DNA of 64,000 nucleotides from Isurus oxyrinchus (taxonomy: Eukaryota): positions 164,052,001-164,116,000 of the forward strand of contig JANJGN010000009.1 of assembly GCA_026770705.1 (NCBI GenBank), given 5' to 3'. Under the pieces are notes generated by a model. It was not told where the DNA came from. It worked only from the letters and a program-made list of their open reading frames with translations, and did not search any database. Positions 11,572 through 24,100 of this stretch are shown in pieces. How positions within the stretch are numbered: position 1 is the stretch's first letter; the number at the start of each line of letters is the position of its first letter. The position numbers and the translations under genes are program-made.

Positions 11572-13040
11572 CTCATTAAAATGTTGGTGAAATTGTCACT
11601 TTTCTCTGGCTAATCCCTTGACCAAAGAGGGAATTTTAATTCCCCTCCCCCATCCTGCATCGTGTTGAGGCATGATGGGATTTGCTGGATCCAGAACCTT
11701 CTCCAGCACGGCTTGTGATTCAGGAGACACACGAAAGCTTCACCCCCACCCCCAGGCAAATGTTTTATACAATTTCTCCCTCCCCATGATTGGCCAATCC
11801 TGCCCCAAGCAGCAAAGTCGCCCTGACTCCCTCCTCGCTGTTGTGCTCCGAGGCAACATTCCCACCAATTTCCAAACTTTTACCATAACGTTCCTACTTG
11901 GAAACCAGCCAAACATTCAATCAGTGTGCAAGAATTCTGGTGAGATTTTGCTGTTAAATTCGGCACAAACTCAACATTCCTGGTATTTCCAGCTTTCTCA
12001 CCACCCCACACACAGTCCCCCCTCTCGTCTCCACGTACCAGGGTTGAAGTGTTCTATCGCAGCATGCAGAGAACCAGAGCCAATCACATTTACATTCTTA
12101 TCCAAAGCTACAAAACATGTAACCGATATCTGACAACATTTTGCCCTCATTTTACCCTTTGCTTTTCTAAGATTCTCTCCAACCAATTCACATTCAACTC
12201 ACAAACAATGAAACAGCATTGGAGGCTCACTACCAGCTACGAAGAGATATTGTTCACCATGATATTCATGTTAACATACTCTCAGTATCATAGCTGCTGT
12301 TCTGATCTGGAGACCTGATATGTTCTGATATAATGGCTGAAAGGGTAACTCAGGCCTCTAAGAGGATGGAGAGATATGGGGATGGATTTTTAAAAAGTAT
12401 GGTGTCAGGATTAGAGATGGGTGGGTGTGAAATTTGACACCGCTGGTCTCCATGCCAATTTACTGTTACAATCCCAAGCCCGAAACATTTAGAAAGCAGG
12501 CGGCTTGCAGTCAAGTGGTGGGCAGCTAACTTAGGAAATAACATTTACCAAAGGGGCCAATTAAAGACCCATTCCTGCACCCACTGGGATTTCATTCAGC
12601 AATGCAAGCAGACCACATTACCCCTTCAGGATCATGGCCCGGCAGCTGCCGGGTTTTGAAACATAAAATAAACTTACCTGGACATTCCCCTTGCTGTCTC
12701 CATGCTCAGGTCAGCAACTCCCACCTCACCTGGTGAGGCCCTCTAGCATCAGGAGCCCGCCCTCTGTCCCTGATTGGATGGTGAGCCAGTTCCAGTCTTT
12801 TGATTGGCTAGAACATTGAAAATTGCAGTGGGCATGCCTAAAGAATGGTGAATGGTGTCAGGACCTGAAACTATCTCCCATGTCCAGTTCCCAAACCCAA
12901 ATTTAACATCCACCCCATAGAGTGGTAGATGTGTTGGTGAGATTCCAACATGGCAGAGCCTGGCTGAGATGAAGTGCAAAGTTTGAAGACTATTTGATTA
13001 TTAAATGTTTAGTATCTGAATGTTTCTTTCTTTCCAACAG

Positions 13041-13370
13041 AACCCGTGTCTGTTCCTGTGCTTAGATTTTCATCACCAGCAAATGTCTCATGTTCTGGGG
13101 GTTCAGTGTCCGTCTCCTGTGAGTCTGTCCAGGGATCCCTTCCCATTCAGTACACATGGTATGAAAAGACCCTGTCTGAAGATTCAAAGATCTCTGACAC
13201 CAATAAACTGGATCTACATTGTCAATCCTTCAAACAGCAACATCATCAATATTACTGCACAGCCTCGAATAATCAGGGAGTAAAATCCAGTGACACTGTC
13301 ACTGTTAACTCAACACTCATGAATGTAACAACGAAAAGCTACAGTTATGTGATACAAATTGGAAACATTG
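13041..13370 (+). CDS. Gene A, C2-type (FCRL-like) Ig domain exon
   Basis: Polypyrimidine tract + ccaacag|, donor ATTG|gtaagt, phase 1-1, 330 nt. Translates EPVSVPVL...VSCESVQGSLPIQYTWY...QYYCTASNNQGVKSS. Confidence 0.93.
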
Positions 13371-13739
13371 GTAAGTGTTACTTTCTACAAACAACGTGGC
13401 GAATGAATGTTTTAAATTCATGTCTATCCAAACTGGTCACTGTTTCAGTTCCTTCAGTTTATCTGAGAAATTGCAACTGGCCAAATTCACTCTCTCTGGT
13501 TCCTCAAACATTCTGAACAAGGTCACTAAGTTGCATTTTTCATGAAAAATGGACAGGATCAGAAAATATCCCCAAAACATGCAAAAATATTGCAGAATCT
13601 CCAATAAACCCATCGAATCAAAATAGCATTTGATTGACAGAGCTTTCATAAAGCAATTTGTCTATATCCAGCAGATGGAATTGTGAAATGCAACCTCCAA
13701 CTGTTGTGTCCTAGTTTGGGAAGGATATCACTGATAGAA

Positions 13740-14170
13740 TAGAGAAGAATTGAATTAAAATGAACCCTTGGATGAGAGGTTTTAGTCATGAGGAAAGTCT
13801 CATCACAACTGAGGTGAATGACCAGCTGGAGGACGTGGAAATTGTTAGAAATTTGGATAAGGTAACTCTAACTATTTCCACTAGTCAGTGAGTCAGCAAC
13901 AAGAGAGCATTAACTTTAAAATTATCACTAAAAGGACAAAGGGAGAAATTTGGAGAATTTTATTGATGTAAACTGTTTTTAGGACATGGAATGCCCAACT
14001 GAAATAAGTTTACAAACAAATTTAATAATAGATTTTAAAAGGGAAACAAATGTATGAGGGTGTGGGAAAAGGACAATGAAATGGAATTAAATGAGGAGAT
14101 CATTCAGAGAACCAGCATTGGAGTGATGGGCTGAATTCCCTCCCCTGTGTTGTAAAAATTCCATCATTCC
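13740..14170 (+). mobile_element. Degenerate CR1-type LINE 3' end (paralog at ~48145-48575)
   Basis: Resembles the CR1 3' ends at 38750-39070 and 60304-60770. Confidence 0.55.
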
Positions 14171-14619
14171 AGACAAAATCTCAACTTATCCTGTCTAAAA
14201 AATTAACTATTCCCTCCCCATAAAACAATGACCCTGGTTCTGAAACAAGGAGGACTTTAGCCTATTTGAATGTAGCGGTTCAATTTTCTGCAGAGTGGGT
14301 GCAGCATGTTCACCGAGAAACACCAACATGGGCACAAAACAAAGAGAATCACACTTTCACCTGAGCAGCAGGAGACAGGAATTTACATATGCAAATATAT
14401 TGACTCTGGTCATGTGGTCTCTTGCCTCAGTTGTCAGGGAAGAAGGGTGGAATTTTACACCCCCATTGCGGCAGGGACTGGGCTGTAAAATGCAGCCAGC
14501 CATTCTAAACTCCATGCACTCCAGCAGACCATAAAATCCCACTGTCACAAGGCTCAGACCAAAGGCTGTCAGCAGCAGGTAGAAATTACACCTGTAAACT
14601 GTGTTTGTACTGGAGTTGT

Positions 14620-15120
14620 CAGCAGGGACTCAGTTGCACTCTGACCTTTGATGCCAGTCTTTTGTAGTTACAAGTTCCCCTTAAGAGTTAAAATTCGGGC
14701 TGATACCATGATCCAGCACTGAGGTAGTGCTATACTGGTGGTGGTGCTGCTGTGTAGATGAGGTGTTAAACTGAGGATCCACATCCCCGTTAGGTAGATG
14801 TAAACATTTCCAGGGTATTATTCACAGAATAGGGAAGTTCTCCTGGTGTCCTTGAAGCCATTATTCCTCAACCAATACACACAAATAGGGAGCAGGAGCA
14901 GGGTATTTGGTCTTTTGAGCCTGTTAATGTCACTACAAAACAGATCATCTAGTGAATGTTTTACTGATGTTTGTGGGGCTTTGCTGTGTACGAATTAACT
15001 TCCACGTTTCTTGATATTAAAACTGTGGCTTTACTTCAAAAAAGTACTTCATAGGCTCTGAAGCACTTTGGGATATCCCAAGGTTGTGAAAGGTGATGAA
15101 TCAACACACATTGTTTCTTA
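14620..15120 (+). mobile_element. Old Deu-domain (SacSINE1-like) SINE (paralog at ~49025-49520)
   Basis: cagcactgaggtagtgct...gatgaggtgttaaactgagg core and aagcactttgggatatcc tail. Confidence 0.65.
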
Positions 15121-15695
15121 CTTTTTGAAACAAATGATTTATTAAAATACATCTGAACCAATTATCTGAGTGCAAACGGCAGGGGGGAGGGGGAGGGAGG
15201 AGCCAGTCCCAGCAGCAAGGTGGGTCATTATAATTAAATGGACAGAAAATCACTGGCAGGTTTGAGACATTCATGGTCTGTTGGTGAAGATTGTCATCTT
15301 TACTGCAAGCTCAGAAAACTGCCCCCAAAGTGCAGAAAGTGACCATTGCCAGTATTAGGATGTGACTGTTTAATGTGTTCACATGAAATTCATGTAATGA
15401 AAGTGTATCTCTGGATTGTAGTCCACCAACCTGAGCCCTTAACTGGCCCACTAGTAACTCTGTCCCACCAACTCTCAGATATAGTAAAGAAAGTGGAATT
15501 ACCAGTAAAGATAGATCACCACCAAGTATCTGCGACCACTCCACTTGTGACCAGAGAGGGGTAAATAACACAGAAATCAATTCTACCAGCCAGGCTTTTC
15601 CTCAATTAATGAGGTTCCATTTGACAATGATGCTCTTTCAGTTGACTACAAGTGAAAATGAGGTGAATCTGAATGTTATTCTTTTGCTTCCACAG

Positions 15696-15813
15696 GACCT
15701 GAGTATTTTTGTGATGTTTCTACAACAGTATCACCAACTACACATTTGACAAGTACAGATATAATTTCCACTACCAATCGATCCACACCTTCAGATCCCG
15801 AAAATGCTGAAAG
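15696..15813 (+). CDS. Gene A, Ser/Thr-rich stalk exon
   Basis: ttccacag| ... GAAAG|gtacaa, phase 1-2. Translates GPEYFCDVSTTVSPTTHLTSTDIISTTNRSTPSDPENAE. Conserved in the second copy. Confidence 0.88.
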
Positions 15814-16804
15814 GTACAATGTTCTCATGGATTGGCACTGCTTCCATATGTGAGAGATACGATTGGCCAAAGGAGTGAAAGTTGTTCATTAATTTGGAAA
15901 GTAGCTCATCAGAATGGAAATGGTGGCTGGGTTTATATCATGCTGTTGTGTTAGCTTCTTAATGAGGGTGCATTTTTCTGTTGGAAAATACAAGCAAGGA
16001 GTGAGCTTTTCCATTGTGTTGCCGCTCAGATGGTGTTTTTTGCCTTATTCACCTTGATTACTTCACCGCTAAGGTAATCTCACAGTGTGTGAGGAGTTGT
16101 ACTTGTCAAACTTACCTTGCTGCTGTCTACACTGACAGAGTACTTGTATTTGGGCTGATGAAAAGGAAGAATTAGCGTGATATATCTGCACATCCTTTGG
16201 TTTCACTAATGAGAGACATCTTGCAGCTCTGGTCCCGTTTCCATATTATAAACCTAAGCTGTTGACAATAAGTAGCAGAAATTGTAGTCCGATGTAAACA
16301 CTCAGGAATCGGGTCTTTGAAGTTACAATGGTGATAAAGAGAAAACGCCAACTAAATGTCAAACAGAAAGAGGGACAGTTGGAAATGGACAGCAGGTATG
16401 TCCGCAGCTGTGGAGAAAATAAACACGTTCATGGTTTGGGTGCAGACACTTCTTCAGAATTCTAGTCCACACGCGAAGTGAAACAGGTCCACTCACCCCA
16501 CAGATCCCAACTGAGCTGCTGAATGTTTCCAGAATCTTCTGTTTTCCATTCATATTTCTAGCACATGCAGTGCACTTACTTTTATCCAGATTATTGTCAA
16601 TGATTTAAGAAGTATAGAAAGTATCTGATTTTTATTTTAAGACAAATCTCTATGTCTGCTCTGTTGTATAAAGTTGACAACAAAGATCATCTGAATATGA
16701 AATCCATATATGTATGAAACAGTTATTACTTCCACTTTTTTCAGGGAACATCAGGTATTCTTGCATTTGGATTTTAATAATTAAAACTGACTCAGTATTA
16801 AACA

Positions 16805-17230
16805 AGGCTCAGTGGTAACACACTCACCTTACATGTCAAAGGCTGTGGGTTCACTTCCACTCCAGAGACCTCAGCACATTATCTTGGCTGACACTCCAGT
16901 GCACTACTGAGGGAGTGCTGTGCTGTTGGAGGTGCCACCTCTCAGATGTGATACACCCAAGGCCCATCTGCTCTCTCAGGTGGGTGTAACAGATCCCATA
17001 GTGACATTCATAGAAGAGCAGGGCAGTTCTCCCTCGAGACCTGGGCAACATCACTAAAAAAAACAAATTATTTGTTCATCCAACTAATTGCTATTTGTGG
17101 GAGCATGCTGTGTGCAAATTGAGTGCCACATTTGCCAAATTACCACAGTTACACTGCATTAAAAATATTCATTGCTTGTAAAGTGCTTTGGGATGTCCTG
17201 AGGTCATGAAAGCCACTTTATAAATATCTA
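16805..17230 (+). mobile_element. tRNA-derived Deu-domain SINE (SacSINE1-like)
   Basis: ggctcagtggta A box, cagtgcactactgagggagtgctg core, L2-like tail tgtaaagtgctttgggatgtcctgaggtcatgaaag. Confidence 0.75.
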
Positions 17231-17310
17231 CCTTTAAATATTTCTTTAAACAAATGGCCAATAATCAATTGTGAACCAACACTGTCCCTTGTCTATTCTC
17301 TGTTTCACAG

Positions 17311-17399
17311 TCTGATTTACATTGTGCTCGGAGTGCTGGGGGGCATTCTTGTGGTGTTTGCTGTTTCTCTACTTCTGTACCTGAGGCAAATCAACAAGG
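17311..17399 (+). CDS. Gene A, transmembrane exon (uncharged)
   Basis: tgtttcacag| ... AAGG|gtgagt, phase 2-1, compatible with neighbouring exons. Translates SLIYIVLGVLGGILVVFAVSLLLYLRQINK. Confidence 0.92.
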
Positions 17400-17539
17400 G
17401 TGAGTTTTTATTTCTCTTTAATCATTTTATTATATGGCAATAATTTGCTGCAGAAGGAAAGAATATACAGTTTGTTGGATCAATCAACAATCACCCATGA
17501 CCCTAGTATTCTCATTCTGGTCTACACATATTGAACATG

Positions 17540-18229
17540 GGGCTGAATTTTTCTCTATTCGAGCGGGCGCACACCAGATCCAAACGAGAGTAAAATAGTG
17601 CGCGATGAGGTCAGACGAGCGTCTGGACATTATCGTACACTCTGGCGATATTTCTCTCTGCAGGCACGTGCGAGAGGCGGCAGCACGCCCGCTGACAATG
17701 AAGCAACCTATTAAGGCCCTTAATCAATTAATAGAATTGAATTTTTTGCTGCCTGTCCAACTGTTCGGTTGGTTTGTGGTCAAATCGGCCAATCAGCCTT
17801 TGCACTTTTGGCGAAACCTCATCAATGGGCGGGATGGGGTTTTGACCAGTGATTAAAGCCAAAACTTTGAGAACTCGTATTTAAATGGCCATGGTCATGT
17901 GACAAAGTCACATGAGGGGACATGTTTTCATTAGTTTTCAATTCTTTATTTCAATTGTTCAAAATCTTCAGCTCCCTGAGGCAGCTCTGAGACTCAGGGA
18001 GCTTTCACTGTGAGCACGCGCACACATGCACAAACTTGCACGCTTGCCCTCCTCCTGCCCTCACGCCAGCAGTGCTGAGCGTTGCAGCACGTATTATGCA
18101 CTGACTGGCCATTAATTGTCCAGCCCGTGTGAAATCGATGTTGGGGCCTGATCGGGGGGCAGTGGTCGGCTTCACAACCACTCCTGAGCCCACCTGCCAT
18201 GCCCATCCGACAAGGGCAAAATTCTGCCC
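17540..18229. mobile_element. Harbinger-type MITE
   Basis: TIRs GGGCTGAATTTT / AAAATTCTGCCC with 3-bp TSD ATG on both sides. Confidence 0.8.
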
Positions 18230-18269
18230 ATGGAATAATTAAGTTGAGTATTGCTGATAAAAAATACAT

Positions 18270-18645
18270 TTGAACAGATGAACAAGGAGCAGGAGTAGGC
18301 CATTCAGCCCCTCGAGCCTGCGCCGTTATTCAATAAGGTCATGACTGATCTGATGGTAACCTGAAATCTGCATCCCAGCTACCCCCCACATAACCTATCA
18401 ATCCCTTGTTTACCAAGAATCTATTCACCTTCCCCTTAAAAATATTCAAAGACTCTGCTTCCCCCACCTTTTCAGGAAGAGACTTCCAAAGACTCATGAC
18501 CCTTGGCGTGAAAAAATTTTGCCTCATCTCCATTTTAAATGAGGGCGACCCCTTATTTTTAAATAATGACCCCTAGCTCTAGATTCTTCCACAAGAGGAA
18601 ACATTCTCTCCACATCCAGCCCATCAAGACCCCTCAGGATTTTAT
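18270..18645 (-). mobile_element. CR1-type LINE 3' end
   Basis: Minus-strand translation RQNFFTPRVMSLWKSLPEKV, the typical CR1 ORF2 C-terminus. Confidence 0.75.
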
Positions 18646-19031
18646 TCTGTTGAAGCAATCAGCACTCTCTTCTCATGCAGTATAAATTGTTGCTCCCTTT
18701 ATTGTTGGTATTGTTGCAAACTGTCCTGATGAGAACAAGGCAAAAAGCTTTGACAGTGCGTCTCTTTGAATGAGAAAAATTGGGCCTCTGATTTCTCCCT
18801 GTGATGAATTGCTTGACCTTACATCAATGACACAACATAACAGGTACTTGTATTCAGGATAGAATTGATCAGTTTTTGAAATGCTCAATCCTAAACACAC
18901 GGGAGTTAATTTTCTCTTTCACATCACGGGTGTTAATCTGTCAGAGTGCTAAATAGAAATTAATGGAATGAAATTTGGGTGCGTTCTCTAATAGACAATC
19001 TGTTCTGTCAGACAGAAAACGTCATATGCTG

Positions 19032-19281
19032 GTAGTGTAGTTGCTGGTTTCTGGTATGTGTGGCCTATCTTAACGAGAGAAACTAGTGTTACTCTGTGAC
19101 TTGCTTTAAACTGCTTTATTAACACTGTATTTAAGAGAGGTTACAGAGTAGGTATGCCTCCCCTGAGTAGAGTGTTCCATCCTCTCTCCCAGGTAAATAG
19201 CACATGACTGCCAATTTCATTGATACATCATGGTGTACATCACTCATCAGCATAGCTATTCTATTAACCCATTACACTACA
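19032..19281. mobile_element. Possible short solo LTR
   Basis: Inverted ends gtagtgta / tacactaca, internal tttatt; otherwise unexplained ~250-bp segment. Confidence 0.4.
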
Positions 19282-19489
19282 AACCCTTTTGTCATGCTAT
19301 GTATAATAACCAGGCTGATTGTTCAATCCATGTTGGAAATCATTGGTGCAATGCAGATGAACACATTTCCATGAATGTGGATCAATGTCAGGTTTAGCAC
19401 ACTTGCAACTCATGTTTAGTTTAGAGATTTTAAACATATTAACCATTCCTTGTTACAGTTCTTTCAACAGTTACATTGTAATTTTTCAG

Positions 19490-19542
19490 GTACAAACTGC
19501 ATTCCAAGTCAGCGGAGAGACAAGACTCTCCATTATAATCAG
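19490..19542 (+). CDS. Gene A, first cytoplasmic exon
   Basis: atttttcag| ... CAG|gtaagg, phase 1-0, which exactly bridges the TM exon and the last exon. Translates GTNCIPSQRRDKTLHYNQ. Confidence 0.8.
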
Positions 19543-20172
19543 GTAAGGATATAAACATTACTTCTCTGAATACTGTTTGGAAATTTGCAAGCTGGTGGAT
19601 ATAGAATTTACTAAGAACTTACAGCCATTCGGCCCATCTGCACGAGGCTGGTTTTTATGCTCCACATGAACCTCCTCTCACCCCTCTTCATCCCACCCTA
19701 TCAGCATATCCTTCTGTCCTTTACTCTCTCATGTGCTTATCTAGCTTTCCTTTAAATGCAGCAATCCTATTGGACTCAACTCCTCCCCAGGGAAGGAATA
19801 AGGAATTCAGAAGAAACTTCTTTACCCAGAGAGTGTCAGAATCTGAAATTCGTTACTTTAAGTCAAAGTTCAGGCAAAAACCATAAATAAAGCTGGATAA
19901 AGCTGGATAAGCAGTTGAGGGAGAAGGTAATAGAAAGATATTTTGAAGAGGTTGGATGAAGAGGGGTGGGAGGAGGCTTGTGAGGAGAATGATACTGGTA
20001 TAGACCCATTGGGCTGAATTGTTTGTTCCTGTGCTGTAAATAATTTTTAATATCTTGTAATCCTTTATAAACTGATTTATAATAATGGATATATAGCTTT
20101 CTCCTCATAACAGCACAAGTCACCATTCAGGCTAATCAAAAATAAATGCAATCATTTTTTTAATATATTTAG

Positions 20173-20484
20173 GAATTGGCAGCAGAGGAAGAGGGCACTG
20201 TGTATGCAAATGTAAACCACACTCAAAGGAGCTCGGCAGGAACACACAGAGAGGGAACTGCCGAGTTGAATAATGAGGAAATCACATATGCAGCAGTGCA
20301 ATTACAAAAGAAATCGTCTACACAGAGAGGTGAAGGGACAAGTCACTCAGTTAACAACCCGGACAGTGTCATCTACAGTGGAGTCATGATTCACAACCAG
20401 CCCACAAAGAAAAACCCTAAAACTCCATTACATGATACTCCCCAGGAATCTGAAATGGCAATTTATGCTACCGTTACTCATTAG
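20173..20484 (+). CDS. Gene A, terminal cytoplasmic exon with ITSM/ITIM motifs
   Basis: atttag| phase 0, ends at TAG. Contains TVYANV, ITYAAV, VIYSGV and AIYATV. Confidence 0.93.
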   Translation, partial: ELAAEEEGTVYANVNHTQRSSAGTHREGTAELNNEEITYAAVQLQKKSSTQRGEGTSHSVNNPDSVIYSGVMIHNQPTKKNPKTPLHDTPQESEMAIYATVTH

Positions 20485-20779
20485 CGAAACCATTCGGGTG
20501 GCACATGTACTGCCCAGTGCACTTAACGTTGCATCTCAGTTGCATTGAATTTCTTCTGCCATGAGCTGTCCACATATTTACTTTAGTCCAATTCTTCCTT
20601 TAACTTGGGAATTGTTTCCTCCATTCCCACCGCTCCTCCCAGTTTGGAATCATCAGCAAATGTAATCAATTCACCTTGAGTTTCAGAGTCCAGGACATTA
20701 ATGTAAATTAGAGTGGTCCCAATACCAGGTCTTATAGCACCACACTCACCAGCCAGACCCCCCACCCCCCACACCCCTA

Positions 20780-21235
20780 GCATTGGTAGCTCTGTTGCTG
20801 CTGATTCACAAGTTCCAGGTTTGAGTTCCATGCCGGGGCTTGAGTGGAAAATTCAAATGTTGACACTCTGTTGTAGTACTGAGGGAGTGCTGAACTGTTG
20901 GAGGTGCTGTTTTTTGGGTGAGATGTTAAACCGAGGTCCCATCTGCCTATTTGAGTGAATGTAATAGATCCCATGGCATTATTTTGAAGAAGAATAAGGG
21001 AGTTAACCCCGGTGTCCGGACCATTATTTCTCCCTCAATCCACATCACAGAAACAAATAGCCTGATCATTATCACATTGCTGTTAGTGGGGGTTTGCTGT
21101 GCACAAATCGGCTGCTGCATTTTCTACATCACAACAGTGACTACACTTCAAAAGTGCTCCAGGGGCTGTAAAGCTCTTTGAGACATCCAGTGATTATAAA
21201 AAACATGATAAAAATCCACAGCTTTCTTTCTTTTC
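20780..21235 (+). mobile_element. Deu-domain SINE
   Basis: gtagtactgagggagtgctg...gagatgttaaaccgagg core and L2-like tail. Confidence 0.72.
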
Positions 21236-21415
21236 TTTAACACAACCGGCCTAATGGGCCAAATTTGTCTCAGCGTCCAACTCTAGTCTCCAAGTCAGAT
21301 CGTCATGGGTTACCTCCGGGACTTGATCATACAATCCAGGCAGATACTTCAGTGCAGTACTGAGAGAGTGCTGCACTGTTGGGACTGCCTTCTTTTAGGT
21401 GTGATAGTAAACTGA

Positions 21416-22370
21416 AGACAAAACAGAAAGATGGGGGTGTTGAATGGCAAGCAACAGGAAGTTCTGGGTCATGCTTGCGTAGAGACCCCCTTTTTTTTTT
21501 CCCCAATAAATTATATAGATTGTTCTTTTCCCACCCATTTCCATTATTTTTAAATATTTTAAAATCTTTTATGCTCCCCCCACCCCCACTAGAGCTGTAC
21601 CTTGAGTGCCCTACCATCCATTCTTAATTAGCACATTCGTTTAGATAATATCACCAACTTTAACTTTAACACCTATGTGTTCTTTTGTACCATTGTCGCT
21701 GACATCTTTTGATGATCTGCTTCTATCACTGCTTGTTTGTCCACACAACCACCTCTCTCTCTCTCTATCTCTCTGCCCCCCCCCCACACACACCTTAAAC
21801 CAGCTTATATTTCAATTCTTTCTTGGACTCGAAATCAAGTTCTGTCGAAGGGTCATGAGGACTCGAAACGTCAACTCTTTTCTTCTCCGCCGATGCTGCC
21901 AGACCTGCTGAGTTTTTCCAGGTAATTCTGTTTTTGTTTTAGAGACCAAAGTGGTCCTGCAAAGCGATCACCCCACCCTCACAAGGACCATCTCTCACTT
22001 GTTCATGTTGTTCTTTCCAGAGAGCTTACCCTTGTCCTGTCATTATCACATTCTGCTTTCTGATCTTAATGTCACCATTAGCACCTCCTTTAGCCAGTAT
22101 CACTATCAAGAAGACCCCTTTGTCCTTTTGTCTATGACATCTCTGGCAATCTCTCCTTTGCCTCCACCTATCACTGATCTTCTATCCACCTTCACCTGCT
22201 CCACCTCCACTTAAACAGCATAAATTTCATTACATTTTTACTACTCTCTCGGTTCAAGAAGAGTCATTAGGATTCCCTCCACAGATGCTGTTAGACCTGC
22301 TGAGTTTTTCCAGCATTTTCTGTTTTTGTTTCAGATTTCCAGCATCTGCAGTATTTTGCATTTATCTTAG
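21416..22370 (+). mobile_element. PLE pLTR fragments (hammerhead at 21838-21876) nested in a Deu-SINE (~21255-21415 and ~22370-22610)
   Basis: gatgctgccagacctgctgagtttttccag pLTR motif occurs twice. The SINE core resumes after a repeated taaactgaagac. Confidence 0.72.
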
Positions 22371-22917
22371 TATTAAACTGAAGACCCTCCTATACCTTAG
22401 GTGGATGTAAAAGATCCCATGGCACTATTCAAACAGTTCTCCCAGTGTCCTGGTCAATATTCTGCACCCAGTATCGAGTAAAGAGATTACCTGCTTATTC
22501 ATCCAGTTTTGGGCCCTTGCTGTATGATGATTTGTTGCCACATCTCTCTGTTTCAAAAATACTTCATTGGCTGTGAAAGGCATTGTATAAATTGTAAGTT
22601 CAACTCTTCTTTCTTTTCTAATGAGCATTAGTTTCATTTTGTCGTTCAAACAATCTTTTTATCTCAGGGATTACCCTAAATACACAGAGTTTTGGGGATG
22701 CCCGGGTTGAGGCCTCTGACCCTGTACAAGGAACAGGCTGAAGGGAACAGTACCATTCCTGTGTAAAGGGCAAGGTTGGTATCCCCCAACAAGCCAGTGA
22801 GGGGCTAATAAAATAAATGGTATTAAAATTGTAAGTCCACCTCTGTGGAGGGGTACAACTTCAAATGCAATTTGGCAAATACATTTTGAAAATCAGAACA
22901 CTTTCCAGACTAGCACT

Positions 22918-23690
22918 TGTGCTACACAAGTGTCAGGCAATGACCATCTCCAACAAGAGAGAATCTAACCATCGCCCCTTGATGTTCAATGGTATTACCA
23001 TCACTGGATCCCCCACTATCAGTGTGGAGGCTTACCATTGACCAGAAACTGAACTGGACTAGCCATAGAAATACTGTGGCTACAAGGGCAGGTCAAGGTC
23101 AGGGAATCCAGCGGCAAGTAACTCACCTCCTGACTCTCCAAAGCTTGTCCACCGTTTACAAGGCACAAGTCAGCAGTGTGATGGAATACTCTCCACTTAC
23201 CTGGATGAGTGCAGCTCCCATAACACTGAAGAAGCTGGACACCGTCCAGGACAAAGCAGTCCGCTTGATTGGCAGCACATCCACAAACATTCAATCCCTC
23301 CACCACCGACGCACAGTAGCAGCAGTGTGTACCATCTACAAGATGCACTGCAGGAATTCACCAAGGCTCCTTAGAAAGCACCTTCCAAACCCACAGCCAC
23401 TACCGTCTAGAAGGACAAGGGCAGCAGATAGATTGCAACATCACCACCTGGAAGTTCCCCTCTAAGTAACTCACCGTCCTGACTTGGAAATATTTCACCG
23501 TTCCTTAACTGTCACTGGGTCAAAGTCCTGGAAGTCCCTTCCTAACAGCCCTGTGGGTGTAACCACACCACATGGACAGCAGCAGTTCAAGAAGGCAGCT
23601 CAGCACCACCTTCTCAAGGGCAATTATTGATGGGCAATAAATGGTGGCCCAGCCAGTGAAGTCCACGTCCCATGAATGAATTTTTAAAAA
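22918..23690 (+). mobile_element. Non-LTR retrotransposon (CR1/L2 group) 3' fragment
   Basis: ORF ...LSTVYKAQVSSVMEYSPLTW...VQDKAVRLI...SLHHRRTVAAVCTIYKM; 3' end atgaatgaa + A-rich. Confidence 0.8.
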
Positions 23691-24100
23691 AATCCAGTGG
23701 GGAGATGTTATTCCTCAAAGAGATCATGAAGGTTTTCGGCAATATTTTCCCATATCAAACCTATGTTAGTATTTATTTCTCAACTTTACTCCTTTCAATA
23801 CTTTCTATTACTTGTCATGAATGGAAGAGAAACTAAAGCTTGTGGGGCACCAATGAAGCAGCTTCTGAAAACATCCCAGGCCTTGTCTGCAGGAGTCACA
23901 CAGGGGAACTGCTGTAAACCCAATACCAATAAAGAAATGACAGAAATATTGGATATCTCTGTCTCAGTTTTTACCAAGTTTTTCACTTGAGGGTGAAGTT
24001 AAAAATCATATTAAAGCAGTTGTGATAGAAGGGGAGAAAATAATTGACAAAGTAGCAAAACAGAAGGCAGGATGACCCCAGTAGCAGACAGGACGCCCAC

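Larger units (their letters stand above)
1..16622 (+). repeat. Segmental duplication, copy 1 (begins upstream of the window)
   Basis: Position 1 atgtgctttg.ctgccgcatccgtctctag matches 40691. Colinear and near-identical apart from large indels until ...gattattgtcaatgatttaa at ~16610. Confidence 0.95.

Noticed and set aside
15311-15562. Possible second decayed C2 exon (LPVLG / SCNESVSLDCS)
   Set aside because: Similarity to the C2 exon start is weak, with stops and no recognisable Trp or YxC landmarks.
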